DNA of 64,000 bases from an uncultured Actinomycetota bacterium (GTDB lineage: Bacteria > Actinomycetota > Acidimicrobiia > Spongiisociales > UBA5794), in the NCBI GenBank assembly GCA_963700375.1, contig CAVOXF010000002.1, forward strand, positions 198,041-262,040, in the 5' to 3' direction. This document shows positions 57,959-64,000 of this stretch, one piece after another. Position 1 is the stretch's first letter, and every line of letters starts with the position of its first letter. A model generated the notes under the pieces. It ran no database searches and had not been told where the DNA came from. It was given only the letters and a program-made list of their open reading frames with translations. Made by a program: the position numbers and the translations under genes.

Positions 57959-58810
57959 TCAGTCGACCGCCGCGTCCCCTGCGTGGCGATCCGTTGGTGA
58001 TACCTCGAGGTGGATCGATCGATCCTGGTGTTCGTGGCGTTCGGGTGGATGCTCATGGGCGGGATCGTCGAGGAATAGCCGGGTGTCTTTCATGTGGATC
58101 AGGCCCGGCCCGTACGCGGCACGCAGATTGTCCTCGGTGAGAACGGCTTTCGGAGAACCCGATGCCACGATCCTGCCAGACATCAGCACGACGTAGTCGG
58201 CAACCTGTGCGGAGGTGAGGTCGTGAGTTGTTAGGACGATCGTGCATCCGTGGGACTGTTCCTCATGTATGACTTCGTCGATGGCCCGCGCCGAGGTGAT
58301 ATCCAGTCCGGTCAACGGCTCGTCGAGGAGCAACATGTCATGATCCTGAGCCAAGCCCTGTGCGACGAAGACTCGTTGGCGCTGGCCACCGGAGAGTTCG
58401 GTGATGTGCCGATCGGCCAGGCTGCTGATCTCCATCCGATCCATGGCCGCGTCTACCGCGGTTCGGTCCACGCCCTTGAGCCGGCGGTAGGGGCCCGTCG
58501 ACGGGTAGCGCCCCATGGTGACGACCTCGCGAACGGTGATCGGCAGGGACTCGTTGACACGGGTCGACTGCAGCACGTACGCCATGCGCCGGGACCTGCC
58601 GGCGGTCGGAAGGGTCGAGATCGAACCCGAGGAGGGCTGAATCAGGCCGGCAATGCCGTTCAGCATCGTCGACTTCCCGGACCCGTTCGGGCCGATGATC
58701 GCGGTGATGCTGCCCTCCGGGATCGCTGCGGAGGAGGGGGCGACGGCGGTTCTCAACCCGTAGCGGAACGAGGCCTCATCGACGACGACGGCCGCGCTGA
58801 TCACCGGCAT
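57959..58810 (-). CDS. znuC: Zinc ABC transporter ATP-binding protein
   Basis: Trimmed to ATG 58808-58810, overlapping the zur stop by 10 nt. It has GPNGSGKST, LSGGQRQRV and LLLDEPLTGLD, plus a His-rich C-terminal tail. Confidence 0.85.
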   Translation of the reverse strand: MPVISAAVVVDEASFRYGLRTAVAPSSAAIPEGSITAIIGPNGSGKSTMLNGIAGLIQPSSGSISTLPTAGRSRRMAYVLQSTRVNESLPITVREVVTMGRYPSTGPYRRLKGVDRTAVDAAMDRMEISSLADRHITELSGGQRQRVFVAQGLAQDHDMLLLDEPLTGLDITSARAIDEVIHEEQSHGCTIVLTTHDLTSAQVADYVVLMSGRIVASGSPKAVLTEDNLRAAYGPGLIHMKDTRLFLDDPAHEHPPERHEHQDRSIHLEVSPTDRHAGDAAVD

Positions 58811-59235
58811 GACTTGCACCGTCCCTCGATCTCGAACCGATGGCCGGTGACGGCGAAGCCGGTAGCCGAGGCCATCTCGTTGATGAGTCTCTCGATGGCA
58901 TGCTCCTGGGCAGGGTTCGGTGTCACGTCGACAGCGGTGCCACACGATACGCAGACGAAGTGGTGGTGATGTCCGGCGAGCCACTCGGCGAGTTCGAAGC
59001 GCATGATGCCTTCTGAGTCGTGCTGGGCGACGAGCACACCCGACTCGGTCAGGACCGCGAGTGAGCGGTAGAGCGACGAAAGGGGAATCGCGTCACGGAC
59101 TTCGACCTGAATCTCGGCCGCGGTGCGCGGTCCACCGGCGTTGGCGATCGCTTGAACGGTGGATCGACGGCCGCGGGTCAGCCGGATTCCCTCCGAAGAG
59201 AGTCGTTGTTCGACGGCCTGCTCCAGATGTTGCAT
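58801..59235 (-). CDS. zur: Fur family regulator, Zur-like
   Basis: ATG 59233-59235. Product MQHLEQAVEQRLSSEGIRLTRGRR... with HHHHFVCVSCG and a C-terminal CKSC. Confidence 0.8.
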   Translation of the reverse strand: MQHLEQAVEQRLSSEGIRLTRGRRSTVQAIANAGGPRTAAEIQVEVRDAIPLSSLYRSLAVLTESGVLVAQHDSEGIMRFELAEWLAGHHHHFVCVSCGTAVDVTPNPAQEHAIERLINEMASATGFAVTGHRFEIEGRCKSCR

Positions 59236-59268
59236 TACCCACGGCGATTGATAGCGTTCAGACAAGAA

Positions 59269-59283
59269 TAGGAATCATTCTCA
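59269..59283. promoter_or_regulatory. Candidate Zur box in the zur-znuC / znuA-znuB divergent region
   Basis: TAGGAATCATTCTCA (reverse complement TGAGAATGATTCCTA) is a 7-1-7 imperfect palindrome. It matches about 11/15 positions of the actinobacterial Zur consensus TGAAAATGATTTTCA as I remember it. It lies 21-35 nt upstream of the znuA ATG. Confidence 0.5.
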
Positions 59284-59303
59284 TTTATCGCAAGGAGTCG
59301 AGA

Positions 59304-60245
59304 ATGCGCAGAATCGCGGTGGTGGTGGCCATCGCCGGTCTGATCGGCGGAATCCTGAGCGGTTGTTCCTCCGACGACGGAAGCGACGGGGCCGTGCGTG
59401 TTGTCGCAACAACCACGATCCTCGGCGATCTCGTCCGCAACGTGGTTGGGGACCAGGCCGACGTCGAGGTGCTGATGCCCGCCGGCGTCAATCCGCATGA
59501 CTTTCAGCCGTCGTCCCAACAGGTTGCCGCGATTCAGCGTGCCGACTTCGTGGTCGCGAATGGCCTCGGCCTTGAGGAAGGGCTTCACGATGTGCTCGAG
59601 GCGGCCGTGGCCGACGGGGTGCGGGTGTGGGAGGTGGCCCCGGACATCGAGCCACGCTCGTTCGTCGAAGTGGTCGATGCCGAAGAGGAGCACGACGATC
59701 ACGAGGACGGCACCCTCGACCCCCACTTCTGGCTGGACCCGCTCCGGGTCGCGACGGCCGCCACGATGCTCTCCGACCATCTCGCCGAGATCGCTCCCGA
59801 CCTCGACTGGTCGACGGCGGCAGCCGAATACTCGGCCGACCTCGCCACGCTGCATGCGGACAGCGTCGAGCGGCTGTCGGTCCTTTCACCGGCGGAACGG
59901 AAGTTGGTCACCAATCATCTGTCCTTTGGATACTTCTCGGACCTCTACCGCTTCGAGTTGATCGGAACCGTGATTCCCGGTGGCGCCTCGCTCGCGAACC
60001 CCTCCTCTGCCGAGCTTGCGTCGCTCGTGGAGGTCATTGAACGAGAGCAGGTTCCCGCGATCTTCACCGAAACGATCGAGCCGGATGCGCTTGCGCAGGC
60101 CGTTGCCGCCGAGGTTGGACGCGACGTTGCCGTGGTCGAGTTGTACACCGGTTCACTCGGCGAGCCCGGGACCGACGGTGACACACTGATCGGCATGCTG
60201 GAGACCAACGTCAAGCGAATCGCAGAAGCTCTCGGAACTCCATGA
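59304..60245 (+). CDS. znuA: Zinc ABC transporter substrate-binding lipoprotein
   Basis: ATG 59304 (AAGGAG upstream). Product MRRIAVVVAIAGLIGGILSGC has a lipobox. It also has an acidic/His-rich loop EEEHDDHEDGTLDPHFW typical of ZnuA. Confidence 0.85.
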   Translation: MRRIAVVVAIAGLIGGILSGCSSDDGSDGAVRVVATTTILGDLVRNVVGDQADVEVLMPAGVNPHDFQPSSQQVAAIQRADFVVANGLGLEEGLHDVLEAAVADGVRVWEVAPDIEPRSFVEVVDAEEEHDDHEDGTLDPHFWLDPLRVATAATMLSDHLAEIAPDLDWSTAAAEYSADLATLHADSVERLSVLSPAERKLVTNHLSFGYFSDLYRFELIGTVIPGGASLANPSSAELASLVEVIEREQVPAIFTETIEPDALAQAVAAEVGRDVAVVELYTGSLGEPGTDGDTLIGMLETNVKRIAEALGTP

Positions 60246-60282
60246 CCGGCCGCCTGCGCGTCCGCTGTACCGTATTGGTCCC

Positions 60283-61146
60283 ATGGATTGGCTGACCGCC
60301 CCTTTCGAACTGGCCTTTCAGCAACGAGCGCTGCTGGCCGGGTCGCTCGCCGCCCTCACGACATCCGTGGTCGGAACCTGGGTGGTGATCCGCGGAATGA
60401 CGTTCCTCGGCGATGCGCTTGTCCACGGCGTGATCCCGGGGATCGCGCTCGCCATCCTTATTGGGTTCAGCCCGCTGCTCGGAGCGGCGATCGCCGCGCT
60501 GGTGATGATCTGGGGCATCAACCTGGTGCACCGGCAGACGACCTTCTCGGAAGACACGGGCATCGGCCTCCTGTTCGTCGGGATGCTCGGCTTCGGCGTG
60601 ATCCTCATCTCCAAGTCGAGTGCATACAGCGGGAACCTCACCGCCATCCTCTTCGGCGATGTGCTCGGCGTCACGACGACCGACCTCGTCATCCTCGCTG
60701 TGATCACCGTGATCGCCGTCGCGGCCTCGGTGTTGTTCTATCGCAACTTCCTTGTGCTCTCGTTCAACGAGCAGAAGGCGAGCCTGTACGGACTCCACCC
60801 CCGAGCCACGCACGTGCTGTTGTTGGCGCTCATCGTGGTGTCGATCGTCGGCTCGTTCCAGACGGTCGGGACGTTGCTGGTGTTCGGCCTGCTCGTCGGT
60901 CCGCCTGCAACGGCGGCGCTGCTCGTGCGGCGAGTCCCGGCGATGATGGTTGCCGCGGCTCTCATCGGGATCTTCTCGGTTGTCACCGGCTTGATCATCT
61001 CGTACCACGCGAATACGTCGGGTTCGGCGACGATGGCGGTCGTTCCGATCGTGCTGTTCTTCGTGGTCCTCACGGCGAAGAACATCGCAGCGAACGTGCG
61101 GGGTCGGAGCGTCGACGAGGCCTCTCGAACGGCGGCCGGTGCGTGA
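60283..61146 (+). CDS. znuB: Zinc/metal ABC transporter permease
   Basis: 287 aa polytopic protein with ZnuB/TroC-like organisation. Confidence 0.85.
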   Translation: MDWLTAPFELAFQQRALLAGSLAALTTSVVGTWVVIRGMTFLGDALVHGVIPGIALAILIGFSPLLGAAIAALVMIWGINLVHRQTTFSEDTGIGLLFVGMLGFGVILISKSSAYSGNLTAILFGDVLGVTTTDLVILAVITVIAVAASVLFYRNFLVLSFNEQKASLYGLHPRATHVLLLALIVVSIVGSFQTVGTLLVFGLLVGPPATAALLVRRVPAMMVAAALIGIFSVVTGLIISYHANTSGSATMAVVPIVLFFVVLTAKNIAANVRGRSVDEASRTAAGA

Positions 61147-61555
61147 AGGCGTGATCGAGTCCCATCCAACACCCGGTGTCGGCGCCGTCGTCGTCCACGA
61201 CGGCATGCTGCTGCTGATCCGGCGCGGCCGCGGGGCATACGTCGACCATTGGGCGGTCCCCGGCGGGCGGCAGCGGCGCGGCGAGACGATGCGTGAGGCC
61301 GCCGCCCGCGAGACACTCGAAGAGACCGGTCTCATCGTCGAGGTCGGAGATCTGGTGTGGGCCGGGGACATCCTGGATTCCGCCCGCCCGCCGGCCTACC
61401 ACTACACCGTCGTCGACTTCGCGGCGACGCCGGTCGGGGGACACCTCGAGGCCGGCGACGATGCCGCCGAGGTGCGATGGGTTCCGGTGGGAGATGTGCG
61501 ATCGATGCCGCTCACCCCGACGATGTTCGAGCTCCTCGATCGGCTCGGGTTGTGA
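61139..61555 (+). CDS. NUDIX hydrolase
   Basis: Nudix box GGRQRRGETMREAAARETLEETGL. The GTG start overlaps the znuB stop. Confidence 0.85.
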   Translation: MREGVIESHPTPGVGAVVVHDGMLLLIRRGRGAYVDHWAVPGGRQRRGETMREAAARETLEETGLIVEVGDLVWAGDILDSARPPAYHYTVVDFAATPVGGHLEAGDDAAEVRWVPVGDVRSMPLTPTMFELLDRLGL

Positions 61556-61634
61556 TGCGCGGCCAGTGCTGCGTCCACCAGCCTTTGCGCTGTTCTGTCG
61601 ACCTGTTACGCCGCTCGCGGCATCCCAGGTCCTC

Positions 61635-61654
61635 GGCGCAGTCCCGACTGCGCC
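61635..61654 (+). terminator. Perfect 8-bp hairpin downstream of the NUDIX gene
   Basis: GGCGCAGT-cccg-ACTGCGCC followed by TTCGTCCT, about 80 nt after the stop. Confidence 0.45.
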
Positions 61655-61738
61655 TTCGTCCTGCGTCCTTGCGCCCAACACCCCTGGCTCGACATCGACA
61701 CCAGGAACGTAGGTGGATGCAGCACTAGCGTCCGTCAC

Positions 61739-62923
61739 ATGATCGACCTTGCTGCCGTGAGAGCTGATACACCCGGAGCCGCCTTCGTCACCCACTTCAA
61801 CAACGCGGGTGCGTCGCTCGTCCCGCAACCGGTGCTCGACACCGTCGTCGGCTACCTGAACGAGGAGGCTCGCTTCGGTGGCTACGAAGTGGCCGACGCT
61901 CATGCGGAGGATCTGCGAGCGGTGTACGCCACGCTGGCCGAACTTGTCGGCGCCGGTCGGTCGGACATCGCGATCACCGACAGCGCCACCCGTGCCTGGG
62001 ACCTCGCGTTCACCGGGATGGGCTTCGGCGTGGGTGACCGCATCCTCACCACCGCGAGCGAGTACAACTCGAACGTCATCGCCTTCTTCCAGGTGTCGCA
62101 GCGAACGGGTGCATCGGTTGAAGTCGTGCCGAGTCGTCCATCGGGTGAGATCGATGTCGATGCCCTGGAGTCGATGATCGACGAGCGCGTGCGTCTCATC
62201 GCGATCAATCACGTCCCGACCAACAGCGGCCTCGTGAACCCTGCCGCCGACGTCGGGAGGATCGCGAGAGCGCACGCCGTCCCCTACCTCCTCGACGCCT
62301 GCCAGTCGGTGGGTCAGATGCCGATCGACGTCGAAGACATCGGCTGCGACATGCTCTCGGCCACGTCGCGCAAGTTCCTTCGCGGACCACGTGGGACGGG
62401 TTTTCTCTATGTGCGCGAGGCGATGCTCGACCACCTCGATCCGGTGGTCTTGGACTCGTCTGGTGCCTGCCTGGATACGGAGCATCGGATCGTCGTGCGT
62501 CCCGATGCTCGACGATTCGAGCTCTGGGAGCGATCATCCGCGCTGGTTCTCGGGATGGGGGCAGCCGCAACCTACGCCTTGAATGTCGGACTCGATGAGA
62601 TCTGGGGGCGCGTGGCAATGCTGGCAGCCACCCTTCGAGCATCGCTCACCGCAGTGCCCGGTGTGACTGTGCACGACATCGGATCGGTCCAGGGGGCAAT
62701 CGTGACGTTCTCCGTGGCCGGGATCGAAGCGAGCGACGTCAAGGCGGTGCTCCAAGAGGACGCGATCAACGTCTCGGTCGTGATGCCGTCGTCAGCCCCG
62801 TTCGATGCAGAAGAACGGCGACTCCCCGCCCTGGTGCGAGCGTCGGTGCATTACTTCAACACGGAGCAGGAGATCGAGCGACTTGTTGGCGCGCTGATCA
62901 GGGGTACGGGTCGCCGGCCTTGA
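61739..62923 (+). CDS. Class V aminotransferase / cysteine desulfurase-like PLP enzyme
   Basis: 394 aa containing ...LLDACQSVGQMPIDV...SATSRKFLRGPRGTGFLYV (PLP-lysine region). Confidence 0.85.
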   Translation: MIDLAAVRADTPGAAFVTHFNNAGASLVPQPVLDTVVGYLNEEARFGGYEVADAHAEDLRAVYATLAELVGAGRSDIAITDSATRAWDLAFTGMGFGVGDRILTTASEYNSNVIAFFQVSQRTGASVEVVPSRPSGEIDVDALESMIDERVRLIAINHVPTNSGLVNPAADVGRIARAHAVPYLLDACQSVGQMPIDVEDIGCDMLSATSRKFLRGPRGTGFLYVREAMLDHLDPVVLDSSGACLDTEHRIVVRPDARRFELWERSSALVLGMGAAATYALNVGLDEIWGRVAMLAATLRASLTAVPGVTVHDIGSVQGAIVTFSVAGIEASDVKAVLQEDAINVSVVMPSSAPFDAEERRLPALVRASVHYFNTEQEIERLVGALIRGTGRRP

Positions 62924-63944
62924 ACGCCGCGATCACGCCGGCCGCAGCCTCGGTCGGGACCACGTAGGCGCGGCCGTCGCTGCCCTTTGAGTTCTTCACG
63001 GGGAGCGTGATCCGCTCGACGCTGCCGGAACTCAGGCCCAGGGCCGCCCGTCCGAGCTCGGCTATCAGGCCGAGGCTCAGGCCTTCGTCGGCGGTGATGT
63101 TCTCCGCGAACGTCGGGAGGAACGTCGGGAGGTTGAAGGCGCTCGAGGGTGAGGTGACCTGATCGAACATCTCCACCAGGATTTCCTGCTGGCGCTGCGT
63201 CCTGGCGATGTCGCCACCACCGGTGCTGGTCCAGGATCCGTTTTCGTAGACCTCGTACTGGCGGGAACGGGCAAATGCGACCGCCTGCTCGCCGTTGAGC
63301 GTGTGCGTTCCAGCCTCGACCTCGAACTGCGACTTGGAGTCTCGGGCGGCGGACGGGAAGTCGATGGTGACTCCGCCGAGGGAATCGACGATGCGGCCGA
63401 AGCCGCCGAAGTCGATCTCGACGAAGTGGTGGACGGGGATGCCGGTCTCTTGCTGGACCGTCTTGATGAGCAAGTCCGGACCACCGACGACGTAGGAAGC
63501 GTTCAAGCGGTTGGTCCCATTGCCGTCGATGTCGACCTTCAGGTCCCTCGGGAGGCTCAGCAGTTGGATCCGCTCACCGGGAATCATGTGTGCGAGCATC
63601 ATCACGTCGGTGCGGCGTCCGGAGAAGTCGCCGAACGCGTCTTCGTTCCAGTCTTCCGGCAGGCTCGACCGGTCGTCGGTGGCGATGACGAGGAAGTTGA
63701 CGGGTTCTCCGGATCCCGGAGCGACGGTGGCGAGACTCACCAGTTCGGCCGAATCGATCCGGTCGATCTTGCTCTCCGTCCACCAGACGTATCCGACGGT
63801 CGCGAAGACGGCGATCGTCGCAAGAAGGAGCAACAACAGCAGCGCCTTCTTCGCGAAGCCGCCCTTCTTCTTCTGAGGGGGTGGGGCTGCGGGAGGCGGC
63901 GGCGGTGGGGTCGCCGGGATGGCTGGGAATGTATCGGTGTTCAT
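62898..63944 (-). CDS. LCP (LytR-CpsA-Psr) family protein
   Basis: Pro-rich N-terminus, one TM helix, then ...NFLVIATDDRS...DVMMLAHM...LLSLPRDL...NRLNASY. Confidence 0.88.
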   Translation of the reverse strand: MNTDTFPAIPATPPPPPPAAPPPQKKKGGFAKKALLLLLLLATIAVFATVGYVWWTESKIDRIDSAELVSLATVAPGSGEPVNFLVIATDDRSSLPEDWNEDAFGDFSGRRTDVMMLAHMIPGERIQLLSLPRDLKVDIDGNGTNRLNASYVVGGPDLLIKTVQQETGIPVHHFVEIDFGGFGRIVDSLGGVTIDFPSAARDSKSQFEVEAGTHTLNGEQAVAFARSRQYEVYENGSWTSTGGGDIARTQRQQEILVEMFDQVTSPSSAFNLPTFLPTFAENITADEGLSLGLIAELGRAALGLSSGSVERITLPVKNSKGSDGRAYVVPTEAAAGVIAAFKAGDPYP

Positions 63945-64000
63945 GATTCCTATGCGACTGGAGCGCCCTGTGAGCCTAGGAACGATCTCTGATTAGAAGG

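Noticed and set aside
56791-58140. 449-aa plus-strand ORF
   Set aside because: After about residue 65 it is an Arg/Gly/His-rich out-of-frame reading of the flippase-like gene. The real protein continues in the frame of 57026-57931.

Overview
GC-rich chromosomal segment (about two-thirds G+C by eye, not computed). Gene content looks Actinomycetota-like: LCP protein, DUF222/HNH remnant, LLM oxidoreductase, TetR and Zur regulators, and an LPXTG surface protein. About 45 protein genes; I recognised no rRNA, tRNA or CRISPR. The main feature is a 17.1-kb locus (9702-26806) encoding one ~5,700-aa sortase-type (LPKTG) surface protein. It has a signal peptide, a globular head, 38 tandem 120-128-aa two-Cys DUF11-like repeats and two SdrD-B-like domains. 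The ORF track splits it into five pieces because of five single-base insertions, all inside a 5-kb near-identical repeat core. Four of the five clearly sit where repeat variants differ, so they look like consensus artefacts. Other content: a complete hoxEFUYH-hoxW NAD-linked [NiFe] hydrogenase operon; a split transketolase/SDR/MBL/cupin operon next to a 2-oxoacid dehydrogenase E1-alpha gene, sharing a 15-nt operator-like motif; GH94 cellobiose phosphorylase; PPK2; a TetR-ABC2 exporter; xylA/xylB; an anSME plus Cys-type sulfatase pair; a divergent zur-znuC / znuA-znuB zinc uptake locus; NUDIX; a class-V aminotransferase; and LCP. Less ordinary items: several genes are broken by frameshifts or nonsense codons, including a small membrane-protein gene with a compensating +1/+11 nt frameshift pair. 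There is a 131-bp element bounded by perfect 14-bp inverted repeats, a family of G/C-tract intergenic hairpins with shared motifs, and a poorly coding ~1.2-kb stretch (52.2-53.5 kb) with a 4xCxxC membrane ORF and two paralogous small ORFs. All functional calls rest on motif recognition by eye; no database search was run.
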